Source of the DNA: Yuukianura sp. NJ FZ-2021
Taxonomy: Eukaryota
Length of the DNA: 64,000 bases
Assembly: GCA_046563655.1 (NCBI GenBank)
Contig: CM102287.1
Location: 4,340,001 to 4,404,000, forward strand
Direction: 5' to 3'
The notes under the pieces were generated by a model, which saw only the letters and a program-made list of their open reading frames with translations, was not told where the DNA came from and made no database searches. This document shows positions 47,983-61,100 of this stretch, piece by piece. The stretch's first letter is position 1. Every line of letters starts with the position of its first letter. The position numbers were made by a program, and so were the translations under genes.

Positions 47983-48902
47983 TATATCTTACCGGAATAC
48001 GATTCCCGTTAATCGATTAATCTCGAAACTTAATTGAAACTCAATGTTATCAAATCGAAATCAGTGACGAGAAAACGACGAGCAACCTTCCTTCTTGAAA
48101 TCAGGAAAAAGAGTGACAACTGAAAAGGCATTCATTCCGCCGCTGCACAGCTGATCATCTAACCGCCAAAACTTCTCGCGCAAACGCAAGAAACACGTTT
48201 GTGACGTCACAATGAGGTCAATGACCTCAAAACTAGAACACAAAGGTCAACAACCTCAACCTTCAGCTGTACCTAACATAACATAGAGGGCGCCACAATA
48301 ACTTTAAACAGGTGAGTTAATTAACCATTTAACTTTAATTCGGTTTCCATCCATGCATGTGAAAGTAATCAAAGTAACAACCGTGTATCAGCATATGACC
48401 CTGTTCTAAAACCTAACCTTACATCGCTTAACGCTTACAGTTAATTAAGAAACACGACTAATTAGACGTTAATTTAAAATCATTAAACTACTACAACTCT
48501 TAACCATTTAACATTTTGGATATGTCCTTAACCTATAACTTTTGTCTTGTCGTGTATCGAAGTCCAGCAACTTAGCAAAATAACTTATCAGCGTGAAGTA
48601 CTTAGCAGCTAATCTAACATTCACAGCGTTTGGTGACACGAAGTAGTACTAAACAGTTAATTTAAAACTGGAATTACCTAACTTTAAAAATGGTTGAACA
48701 CAAAGGAGCATATTGAATACTTAGTCCATTAAAAACCTAATTAACTTGAACTGTTCGAACACTTTTCAGCCGAGTCAAAGAAGATTGTCATTTCCACCTT
48801 GCCGTTTCTTGTACTCGAGCTCGTGAGGAACACAATATTCGTCATCGTTTAGAACCAATGTCAGCTTCGTGTTGAGCAGCATCGACCAACAAATCTTCCG
48901 GA

Positions 48903-51900
48903 TCATTTAGCAACTCCGTCTGAACTGGATCCGTTTCCACCAGAACGCAGACCTTCAATCTTTGCACAAAGTTTGAGTGCTGGTCCCAACTTCATGCCAA
49001 TGGCAGACATGAGATGGTCTTCCTTCAGAAGTAACAGTGCCTGCCCATCAATTTCTTGAACAGCAAAGTCATCTGCATACTCCGAACATCCTGGAAGTGA
49101 CTTCACAAAGTCCACGACCTCTGATACACCCCATTTGACTGGATTGACACGACTCTCCTCCACTTCCATTGCTGACGGTTCGTCATTTGCCGATGCATCG
49201 CCAACCGAACTGCTAGTTTCGTCGGTAAAGTCCATTCCAGTGTCACCCTGCAACAAACACCAAGGTAAGCATGAAAACTTTTGGAATTTCCCAAACTTAC
49301 TTTCAAAACGTTTCAAAAACGTTTGAAAATTTATTTCTAATGTTCCGTCTTACCCATTTCCGTCCGCGATTCTTCTTCTTCTCTTCTACTTGATTTCCGT
49401 GACTATTTGTAGACGTGGCTTGAGCTTGCTGTTGAGCTGCTTTCATCCCTTTAGCGCACTGTGACGAACAAAATCGCTTGTTCTTTTTGAATTTCGCTTT
49501 CAAATCTACTTTCCCGCACATTTCGCATTTCCCCATTTCTCCACTCATTGCTGATTTCTTTTCTGCAAAATCAATTCAAAAACAAAATGAGAACAGAACG
49601 ATTTTCTTACGATTTTTGAAAAAGTGATTTTTTTTTCCTGCGAAATGCAAACTTACTCGGTGGTTCTTCAACTTCTCCGTGCTTTGGCATTGGAAACGGC
49701 TCAGATGCCTCCTGGATAACAAATCCTTCTATTACATGCGTCAACACTTGTGGTTTGACCATCGCTTTGGGCAGTTTCTGCTTCAGCGATACTTCCTCAG
49801 CTTCTTCTCCATTGCTCACTCCATTTACAGCCTTCAGCTTGTTCTCCTTCTCGATTTCATTTCTAAAACAAAAGTCAAATTCAACTCAATTTCGAAAGAA
49901 ATACTGCCACAACTTTTATGAATCTGCTTACGCTTTCTGATCATGACCTTTGACCTCTTCCTTGGCTTCGTCTTTCTTTGGTGTATTTTGTGTTACTGGA
50001 GGTGGAGCCGGCGTGATGGAAATGTTCGGACTAGGAACCTGCGTCGTAAAAACTTGCAGTGCCGGTGGCATGGACTGGCCAGCATTCGACTGCTGCTGCT
50101 GCTGTTGTTGTTGTTGGGGCTGAGATCCTTGTGGAATCAACGGCGTGATTGTGGCATCAGGCAGATTTGGCTGAATAGCAGAAATATTTATAGTTTTCAA
50201 ATGTGATACCATTTGTTGCGGTTGTTGCTGCGGTTGACTTGTTACTGTCACTGGCAACCTGGCCAACTGCTGATTCACTTGATTTTGGTTCGTTTGGTTC
50301 TGTTGCTGTTGTTGTTGGAATTGCTTCTGTTGTGGATTCGGTACACTTATGATAGTAGTTCCAGTTCTGGGAGGTTGTAAAACTGTCGTAGCCGATCCCG
50401 GTCCAGCCGAACCTCCGCGTGGCGTACTTTTTCTAACTTTCTGTCTCGGTTGTGGCAATTGGAGTCCATTAGTAGTCGTCGGCTGTTGCGCAGTCGCTGG
50501 TGCCTGGCTGGTCATAACCGTAACTCCAGCAGTTGTAGTAAAATTGGGCCGAATCGCTTGTGGTTGTGGAATAATCTGAATTGATTGGTTCTGGATTTGA
50601 TTTCCCTGCGGAATCAGCGTCAGTCTGGGTTGTTGTTGTTGTTGTTGGTTATTCTGTTGTTGTTGTTGTTGTTGAGCCTGTTGCAGAACTTGAGTTGCTT
50701 GAGACTGACTAATTGAAATAGACTGTGGAATCATACTGGCAGTAGTAGCTTGTGGAATCATTTGGATTTGTTGTTGATTCGGTTGGGTCATTGTGACTTG
50801 AAACTGCTGTTGAAGTTGATGCTGATGCTGGAGTTGATGAGTTTGTTGTTGTTGTTGTGTGTTGGGTTGGATTTGGAGTGGTGGCGGTTTGGGTTGTAAG
50901 TTGGCGGGAGTTTTGACCGATATGACATTTGGTTGGGGCTGAATAGCTTGTGGCTGTTGTTGTTGATTCTGTTGTTGTTGTTGCTGCTGATGCTGCAGCG
51001 TTCCCTGTTGAATCGTTTGTTGAACTTGAGTTGATGTCGGGGGAGCGGGAGCGATTGAAGTCGTTGTCAGCTGACCAGTGTTACTTTGCAGGGCTAAAAT
51101 TTGAAAAAAGTTCATTATTTTCTCACATTCCTCCAAGATCTGTTGAATTTTAGTTTTTGGACTTACGTTGCATTGAAAAATGCTGGGAAGTAGCATTACT
51201 CGTCATCTGTGGCTGGATATACATCTGTTCCGGATGTGTTCCTCTAATGAGAAAAGAATTCTGGCCGCCAGTAGTAAACAGCGTTTGTGGCCACAGTCCT
51301 TGCTGTAACTGCGCTCCAATCATCTTCGGCATTTCTCCGGGTTTACCCTGCTGATGCTGGATTTGGAGCGGAGATGTTGGTGAAAAGTTGGAAATGATGT
51401 ACTGCTGTCCAACTGAGTTGTTGGATCCGCCGCTGGTAGGAATTGCATAACTTGCTAAAAACAAACAAGAAAATCCACATTTCAGAAAAATCGAAACTTT
51501 CAAAACAAAATCAACTTTTTCTAAAAAATTCTCTTCTTACTAGTTCCAGGCAGCATATGCGTTGTGAACTGATTCTGGATTGGTTTAGTTATCACCTGAG
51601 TATAACAAAAAGTCAAGTTTAGTACAACTTACCACAACTTTAGGGAAAAGCGTACCATAATAATTCAATTTGTAAGTGTAACTACTTCAATTAGCACAGA
51701 AACACTGAAACTACAACTGATTTCACTCTGGCAATGCCTAATCTCGGTGCTTTAAGCTTCTGCTTGACTATTGGACAGCAAACCTCCAACTTCGACAACA
51801 CATAGCTTACTAAACTGTTCACATTCATTCTACTACAAATACAAGTTAAAGGCGTAGCAATGTTAATGCTGGTGCTTATGATTTGCGAGAAAATTACACC

Positions 51901-52466
51901 AAAATGTTTAGCAAAAACAGCAAAACACTAAATCCCGTCAAGGATTTGTGGGTTGGGTTTCTCGTGTTGCAAATCCTCACGAATCAGGTTCAGGTTAAGC
52001 TATACCTAACGTAAAACTTTGGTGTCGAGTTAAAAACTACGCGAATTCGACTAATCTTGGACCAGTTAGTGCTAATTTGATTAACAGAACGGAATTTTGG
52101 TAAAGTCACCTGAATCTGTGGATTCATGTTGGGGTTGATGAAGTTTCCGGGGACGAGGATCTGGCCCTGATTGAGCAGTTGTTGAAAATTGGCCAAGTTC
52201 CCTTGGAGGTTGTACTGCTGCGGACTGCTGATCAGTTGTACTTGCTGCATCTGCTGGGTTTGGTTCACTTGCTGTTGTTGTTGATGCTGCTGGGCTCCGT
52301 GAATCGCTTGAGCAGTAGCAGCTTGCTGGAGCTGAATTTGCTGTGGCTGTTGCTGTTGTTGTACTTGGGCCTGCATCTGACCAGCGCCGTTTTGACCTGG
52401 AACTTGCTGTTGTGGTCCGGACTGCTGCTGCGGCGGACCTTGCCCGTTTCCATCAGTCGAAGCCAT
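48903..52466 (-). CDS. ph: Polyhomeotic (PRC1 subunit): Q-rich N-terminus, HD1, FCS zinc finger, SAM domain
   Basis: HD1 KLPKAMVKPQVLTHVIEGFVIQEASEPFP; FCS finger CEMCGK...KRFCSSQCAK; SAM WGVSEVVDFVKSLPGCSEYADDFAVQEIDGQALLLLKEDHLMSAIGMKLGPALKL. About 7 exons: ~52110-52466, ~51540-51596, ~51166-51454, ~49931-51093, ~49657-49862, ~49354-49562, 48903-~49247. Confidence 0.93.
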
Positions 52467-54860
52467 TTCTGAAACTAAAATTCAAAATTTCTTAATTCAG
52501 AATTCGAAATTTTGAAATTCAAAACACAACTGTCACTCCTAAACCCTTAAGCACAGCTAGAGTGACAATGGATGGCCCAATTCCCGTGTCATCTGGAATT
52601 CAAAGTCCCCTCTCTTCACATTGCTTCTTTCCTTCCGGTTCCCTTATCCCTTCAAAGCTTCAATTGCAACAAAAAATAGGTCCCGGCAAAATTGAAATTC
52701 AGTTTTTTAGAATTCGGTTCCTCAATTGATTTTTTGCAGAGTCGAGGGGATCGGCTTGTCATTTCCGATACCCGAAATATATTTATGAATTCCTTGCTCC
52801 GTTCAAATTCAAAAGGGGGCCCTTCATTCTTCCTTTGCAAAATGAAAATACTAATCCATCCAACCGTGTTCTCATTCAATTGAATCCCATTTCTCATTTT
52901 ATAGTCACGAAGATCAAAAGACCCGGGACTTATGTTAGACCTAATGTCATGTTAGCCTATTCCATCATAGTTTGTAAAGGACTGGGGAAGCCTCATTTCA
53001 ACATCTCCTGTGACTACGGTGTGACCTCATCCTAATCCGCATCCCCTAGCAACGCAGATCATCTCGCCCTCCAGTGGTTGTCATGGACAGAAACACAAAG
53101 GTTAGGTGAACATGAAAGAGGAACCTGAATAGAAACGGAGGAGGGGGAAGTTTAGATGATGATGAAAATGGAAACGGGGAAGAGGGGAATTTCAGAATCC
53201 AATTCCAGCATCACCATCATCTACTTTTTCATCCCCGACTAAACTTTGGACCAAGAGAGCAAGATCAAATTCCGAGTCTTCAATCTTCTCTCCTAACAAA
53301 AACTAAAAACATGCGTACAACGCATCTCTCTTCTTCATCTTCCACTGAGGACACATCCCAACATTAACATTGGAAAACTTGGAAGATGCCACTAGGATTC
53401 TTATTTCTACGAAGAACAACCTCAGCTATTAACGATCTCTTCACATGCATCCCACAAGCGCCTACCCGGTTTTTAAAACAATGCAAAAAGTCGTTTTTGG
53501 AAGTCCAAAACTATAAAATTCAAAAACTCAGAGTAAAAAAGTTGAAATTGACAATTGACTTAAATGGTAGGTATGGAAGGTGGATTGAAACAAAGCAGAC
53601 ACTTTGACTTGCAATGCAAAATTGAGCAGTAGAACAATGGCTGACGACAGGTATTGATCCTATCTCCACTCCTAAGGAACGACCCGCCTTAATTGCCACT
53701 CTCTGTTTTCCCATTATTCCGCCTTTTAGACAATTCCCTTAATTAACTTTCACATCCATCACACAAACAAAGGCCCTTCAGGGTCAACTGAGCCCTTCAG
53801 TTTAAAAACCAGACTCCCTTGGGCACAATAACGTCAAGGGATCCCTTCAAGTACCCCCTACACTTCACATGGTTTGAATGTTGATAGACACGGAAGACCT
53901 AAAAATTCATCCATCTTCCTTACGGCTGTTTTTCCTAAAAAATTATGTACGGCGACAACCCAATCAACTTTGCGAAGCAATCTTGTTCTATGCTTGCAGA
54001 AACCGAGAGATCAGAGATGCCAAAAATATTTTGATCAGAATGTGCAAAATTGCAAAATTCTGATCAGCATGTGCAAAATTTTGATTAGACATTTCGCTAA
54101 TGTGCTCATCCTACTTGGTTGAATGGGGATGGACCAATTCCATCGTAGACTTCCCTCTGCTAGAACTTAATCTGATTTGCTAAATTTTGAAAGCCTGTAG
54201 CCTCGCATACTCCTATTTTGCAAAATACTGGCGAACGATTAGTGTTCTTCGCAATGAGAGCTACCTGGGGATCCTAGCTGAGCTTTATAGTGCCAAATCC
54301 CTTGCCACTTTCTGCTTTAAGCTTACATCTTATGCTGCTCGACGTGTTCTGGTGGATCGTATAGCTCAGAATGAAAGTTCCCCTACTGCATTTTCTGTGT
54401 ACTCTTCAGCATGAGCAGTGTGGTATAGTTACTTCCTCGTCGAATCGTATAACCAAAGAATATGGTAGGAAGAAGAGCTCTTATTTGGCAGGAATAGGAA
54501 TGAACTCTTCCAGAATCGTAGTGTATATGGCATGGAATGGCAGGAAAACAATACGGTATGCGCTATACACAGAAAAGAAACTCCTCATCTCCAATCACCA
54601 AAATAAATACAAGTTTAGAGCATTTGTAAACACGAGATCCAATTTTAGAGCAATCGAATTCAATTCCAAATGCATTATTGACATTTGACAAACCTCAATC
54701 AGGAATGAATGAGAAAAGACAGTTTCGGAATGAGTGGTCAGCTGGAGTGATGGACGGACGGACACTACCACGCGAAAAACGTTAGTAAAACGTCCGCCGA
54801 AACGTTTTCCGAATGACCCCGAACATGATTACTTAACTAAAAAAGGAATAACATTCAGGA

Positions 54861-54900
54861 TTAGGTTAGGTTACTGGTTAGGTTAGTTAGGTTATGGTTA
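54861..54900. repeat. Degenerate interstitial (TTAGG)n-like tract
   Basis: ttaggttaggttactggttaggttagttaggttatggtta; TTAGG is the common arthropod telomeric unit. Confidence 0.6.
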
Positions 54901-55548
54901 ACTGGGGAAAGACGTCAAACCTAATTCTATTTACTAATGAAAAGTAAGAAATGAGTGTGTGTCTGCTACTTACCGACAACTGTCCGTATTCAGAATGACC
55001 TTTGAACTGTTATGGCTTAGTTGATACCGTTACTTTCGAGTTGACTCGGATACTGTACTTTTAAGTGCACTTCCCACTTTGATGTTTTGTTACTGTACTG
55101 AAACAAAGAGGTTACGGTGGGCCGTGGGACTGCGGACTGTTATGTCCATAGGAAAGAGTTGACTGAGCAACTCGATGTCGGCTGTCCTTAGGTTAGGTGG
55201 GTAGGAAAGGACGCCTTCTGTGTCCACCGATGTCTATGAGGCTCTCAGCCAATCAGAGACTGCGATGAGAGGGAGCCGGAGCGGAGGGCGTGGCCCCCCT
55301 CACTCACCCAAACAATGATTGATGACACTTACAAGCACATTCCATTCCCCTCCATCCCCATTCCAGACAACTGCACCACGCTCCAAATGGAAACAAATAA
55401 CACTATTTAATCCACTACAGTCCAAAATTACAATTTTAAATAGTAACAGCGATGATTTTATAATTATTTATAATGATTATTTTAATAACTCCCCTGGTCA
55501 TTTGACATTTGACCTCCCCGGTCAAACGTCAAAGTCAAAACAAATTTT

Positions 55549-55647
55549 AAACTGCGCATAAACTGCGCATAAACTGCGCATAAACTGCGCATAAACTGCG
55601 CACAAACTGCGCATAAACTGCGCACAAACTGCGCACAGACTGCGCTA
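55549..55647. repeat. Tandem repeat, 11-bp unit AAACTGCGCA(T/C) x9
   Basis: Nine consecutive 11-nt units read directly; the last is degenerate. Confidence 0.95.
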
Positions 55648-58110
55648 TAAATATCTAAAAATGATTTCATTTTTTTCGGAATGATGTACATATTTTCACT
55701 AATTATTATAATTAATTAATAATTTAACAATTTGATTGTTAAACGTTATTTATAATCATGGAAAAACTGTATTTGGGAATAGTTTAAATTAAATATTAAT
55801 TAATTTAATTGTTCAAATTTAATTTAAATTGTTATTTAGATTTGAATTTAAATGTTAAATTTTTAAGTTAAGCTACTTAAATAGCGGGGGAACGTTTATG
55901 AGCATACGTGTAGATTGTATATTCCTGTAAACGGTGCAGTTGTCTGAATGTAAGGGGAGCCTGTGAGCTGAGACGGAGGGTTGACGGGAGAGTTAACGGG
56001 AATAATAAATAGGGAGGGCTTCAAGAAATCTCTCAAAAATCCCAATTAAGTTTGGCACAAGAGGGAGGGGTGGCATTCACTCGATATTCCTCTTCTTCCT
56101 AAAGTTGACCCACTAATCACTAGGCTTCCAGACTATCAAAATCCATGGCAATTCTATCTTCAAATTGACCCTCCAAGTGACCCCAAACCCTCTTCTGCAA
56201 TAACTTTCACTCCGTCCGTACTCACCAGTTACACTTACACAGTTTTTGTACACGATCTTCTGCAACATAACAACCATAACCTGAGACGGATATGATTCCC
56301 AAGTTAAGCTCAAGTTACACTGTTACTCACTGATATCATAATGCATGACGATCAGCAACTGAGCTTAACAATTCTTATGCCGGTTAGTTCCAGACATAAT
56401 CCAGAACAATTCGCGATCAGCAGAATTTAGCCCCAGATCATCGAATTCTTCAAACTGAAGTTAAGATTACGATCAGCTAACTTAAGCCCTTCTCCACAGT
56501 CTTAGAAGTGCATGTCTTATGCAATTTGCATAGGCGCTAATTTCAAAAATGGCTCCCATCAGCATAAAAGTTAGGCCAATACTAGTGACGGCCCTGCAAG
56601 TTTAAGGCTTAAGTTGGGGCCGTAGGGGGAATGGTTGCAGCTGCTGAAGCGAGAAACAGTTCGGTTCATTCGTTTCACTGAACTCGTTATTTGAACCGCT
56701 TCCCCCTTCGCATACGTTAGGTTAGGGTTACAGTCTGGCCAAACCCAGTGGGGCTTTAGTCCCAAGTTCCTGGATGGATTCACATAGGAAGAGAGGGGGA
56801 ATACTCCGGAGTCATGGTAACCTTGGAGATGCCAGAAAATAATGAACCAAGAGGGGGATTCGATCTTGCTTCGTTGAAAATGTTCAGAAAGTCGGAGGAG
56901 TAGGTTCTATTTTGCCCGATTCCATTGTCCAATTACTCTATGCCTGTTTGCAGTGTAGGGGCCTGCAGCCGTCTGCATTGGCTCATCCCACATTCGCCCG
57001 TCCTTAAACATTGGAGCACGCAAGACGCAAAGAACCTCGGAGTAGCCACATACCCAACTGGGATTGGGAATTCAACTTTTGCAACAAACTTCAGACTAGT
57101 GCGTCCCTGGTATATGGAAGCCCCAGGTCTGCTTTTGTGGTTTTTTGGCTTTAGTTGGTCCCCATTTTTTGTTTGAAGCCAAACAACAAGCCAGGGATGT
57201 CAGAAGCATCTGTGAAGTGGGCATCTTGCATATTGGCTCAAAAATTTTGTACAAACAAACATGTCTACATTTTCAAAGTGATGAGTTGTGGCTACTTATT
57301 GCTCGGCTCCAATAGAAATCGCATTAGTATAATGAATTTTTAAATTTTGAACTTAACTAAGCTTGGAAAAGTTCACATTTTTGTTAACCCAGAACGTAAG
57401 GGCCCAAATCTCACTAAATGGCGTTCCGGCCCTGAAATACTCATCACAATTAGTAAATACACGCACAGTCTGTGCCGATCGTTCTTTTAGCGAACGACTG
57501 AAGTTGTTTTTCGTTTAGAACGTTGCACTAACGTCAAAGTTAGCACAAAGTTTCATTTTTAAAATTCACGGTGCTTGACCAAGTTTGAAAAAATTTGGTA
57601 CAAAGAAGTGGAATGGTATTCATGACTTGAAATCAGAATTTACTCGTGCTTTTGAATAGCTTTTTGTGCTATATTTGGAATAAGCATGTAAAGACTTGAG
57701 TTTAACGTGTGAAATTAAAATTTCAAAATAAAATAAGCTTGTTTTGAGCAAAACAAACACAATTTTTAGAAAAATGTGTTTTGTTATTGTACTAAAAATT
57801 CAAAACTTTATTTTCGCGCCAGTGCTGCCATCTCGGCATAGAAGGCAGAACTAAAATTGCAAAATATTTGTGCCGGCGGGAATTCAAACTCAGCCGTTAG
57901 TTTCGCACCCGCTTTTTCGTTTTTTCTTACTTTTTGCACTTTCGATTCACTGTTGCGTTTTTCGTTTTTTGTAATCGTTTTAGTGCCACTTTCATTCGGT
58001 AAATCACAACAAAACTACACTAATTGACAACTGATTAATCAAATGGGCATAAGTTGGTTCTTCTTCAACCATTGGATACCGGTATTTTGTTAAAAGTTAT
58101 TTACAAAGGT

Positions 58111-61100
58111 ATGAAGTATTGGAAACAATTACAACTGAAGATAAAAAACAATCTTGCTACTTGCTGGACGACATCCTCTCGTCGTTTTAATTCACTCTTC
58201 ATCAACTACAGAGATTACTTCAACTACCGATTCCTGTCAACAGTCATTGATCCGAGCATTGTTGGACTCTGCGTCGTCTTAGGACTTTGTGGCGCCGTAC
58301 TTCTGCTTATATCCAACCTCTACGTTATCATCTGGTGGTTAGCCTGTGTAGCTACGATAATGTGGTTATTCAACAAACTGACGGGAAGTCCACAAGATCA
58401 AGGAAAGTCTCCACGTCCGAATCCTCAAACGTTGCAGACGCAGAGAGAAGCGAAGATTCGTGTTGTATCGAACGGAAGAGAATGCTCGAACGGCAGCGTA
58501 ATTGTTGAGGATAGGCTGAACCAAAGTTATGATTACGGAAATAGCGGACGACAGGGCGAAGAAACCAACCATCGTCAGTTGAATAACAATACTGACAAGG
58601 ACAGACATCAATCAAGACCGTCATCATCATCAGTCGCGAATGGATTAACTACCGTGGATGAAGAGATGCCGGAAAGGCATAGCAATGTCACTAGAGACAG
58701 GAGCATGTCATCTCTAAGCCCAACGTAAGTGTTATATGCTTAATCCTAAAGTTATTTACACTAAATGTTCTATCAGTTGTGTATAATCTGAGTATGCTTT
58801 GCAGGGAATGGTCTGCTGTGACAAGTCCTGGATATTCATCAAGAATAGTACGAGCAGCGGAGCATGATCCACCACTGAGGGAAATGCGGACTCCTGGAGG
58901 ACGTACTTACAATTTGTCACCATTCCAGAGATCACCAAATCGAAATCTGGGAATTGGAGATCTACCGTCATCGTCATCGATTGGACTCTGGAAAAGTACT
59001 GTAGCACCGTCACCAGCTCGATTTACTTCTCCACAAAGTGCCAACAGAAGTCTAAGCATGGGGTATCATCGACGAGAGGAGAATCCTGGCAGACTGTTTT
59101 TAAAAATTGCTCCACTTGTCGACAAATCTTCACCGGTGACTCCTGGATCTTCGGAAACTCCAGAAAATACGTCAGTTCATTCTGGTGGTGGTACTCCAGG
59201 TCTCGGTGGTACCCGTGCATCTCCGATTACAAACAAATTCAGTCGTCTTTGGCCAAGTTCGGCAACCAAGAACAGTATGGATGGCTCACCTTCACTGCCA
59301 ATGACGACGAGTACACCAATTTCTTCTACGCTGGCGGATAATCTAAATCGAAAGAGGTGAGTATCACGATTTTTCACACCTTTATTCACAAAATGACATA
59401 GATTTGCGCTGATTCGCAATTCATGAGCGAAATGAAAGTTTTTGAATCCATGACAATGCATAGTTAGAAAAACAACATGTTTTACTTGTTGACAAGATCT
59501 CGATCTCTCCTTCCCGCCTTGTCATTTTTGGAAGTTTGAAGTTCTGTTTGTCAACGTTCTTACTGCAGAGTTTGAATCACTTCTCTGGAAGGATTGTGAT
59601 TTTAACACTGAATTTGAATTTAGTGCACATTTATATTATTCATAATTGCATAATATTTCAAAATGTATTGTAGTTTTGGTGCGAAAAGGTATATTTTCAA
59701 ATTCTGTGTTAATTAATTGGTACACATTCTTTCAGATTAATAAGTTTTACATGTGTAATTTTGTTTTCACACTTCCTTTTGTTTTTGTTTTATAGAATGC
59801 GAATGTCAGAGGACAAACCAGAAACGGATTCAGTATCTTCCACTCCATCTTCCACCCCAGCAGAAGAAACTTCAAGCAACAAGCGATTGAAATTCATCAG
59901 CACCCCTGGGAGTAGCAGTGGCGGTGGAGACGCTCATGGTCATATTTTATCAAATCCGTCTCTCGCCTCAGTCCCACTTACCAATTTCCATAACACTGGA
60001 CCTGGCATGTCCTCGGAATCCATTCTGGAACAAATGAATCAAACGGAGAAACGATTTTTGCCAGACGATGACAGCAGTACCACTTCACTTCGACCTGCTG
60101 TAAAACGACAGAAGAGTAACAGTACAAGTGGATCCTCCACAACTCCAACAAGATTACTTCAAACTCCTTCAATCTCTCCAGCATTTATTCGAAAACGTAA
60201 AGTCCTTGAAACACATCCTCCTTCTCGCACGCCTTTCACCGTTGTGGATGAGGATTCGGCAGTAACAAAGGAAAAGACACCGCGTCTCTGCGGTTGTGCT
60301 GATTGTTACAAGGAAGCAGCAGGAATACCGTTGACAAAACCGGAAACTACGACCAAACCGACACCGGTTGTTGCTGAAGTACCGAAGCCAGTAACAGAAA
60401 ATGTCCCAAGTACAAGTTCGGGAGGGAATACGGTGACTGCTGACAAAAAATCAGAAGACGTTCCTGATCGTCAACCAAGAACGGAAGAAGAGGAACCGAA
60501 GAAAACTGAAACGTTGTTTCCATATTCAATTTTCGACAAGGAGAAGCATATGGCTGATAAAATACGTAAGGAAGCAAGACTCCGAAGAATTCTGGAACTG
60601 TCTCAGGAAAATTCACGGTCCAGTAATTTATCACAACCTCAAGCATCTTCATCTTCAAGTTCAGCATCTTCGTCGGTGTCTGTAGAATCCACAGCTCCGA
60701 TTTTATCACAACCACCGGTGATTGCTGTTACGACGGCACCGACGACTTCGATTTCCTTTTCGACTCCTTCGTCTACGACTCTAGCTGTACCTAATACATT
60801 GCAATCTACAACTGCTTCAGCATCAGCGACGACATTGACGACACCACCTACGACTTCTGCTTCGACTGCTCAATTTGGTTTCACGCCAAGCATTTCAAAT
60901 CAGCAGTCCACGATTCCTGCTGCAACGTTACCTACTACTCAAACGCAGCCAGCAGCTACTTCTTCTTCCGTACCTTCTTTCGGCTTTTCATCACCGTTGG
61001 CACAACCAACTACCAAGAAACCGGAAACGGAAAGTGCTGATTCTCCTTCACTACTTCAAACGTCATCTCCAAGCACCAGTACACCTCAAGCGACGTTTAA

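Noticed and set aside
47305..48012. 235-aa plus-strand ORF
   Set aside because: Antisense to the acidic and zinc-finger exons of the minus-strand gene; no recognisable features of its own.
53870..54700. Compositionally distinct block that might be a transposon remnant
   Set aside because: No convincing terminal repeats, target-site duplication or transposase/RT motif found by eye.
56100..57433. Possible hAT-type end (reverse CAGGGCCGG at ~57425-57433) and neighbouring short ORFs
   Set aside because: No matching opposite end and no coding signature found.
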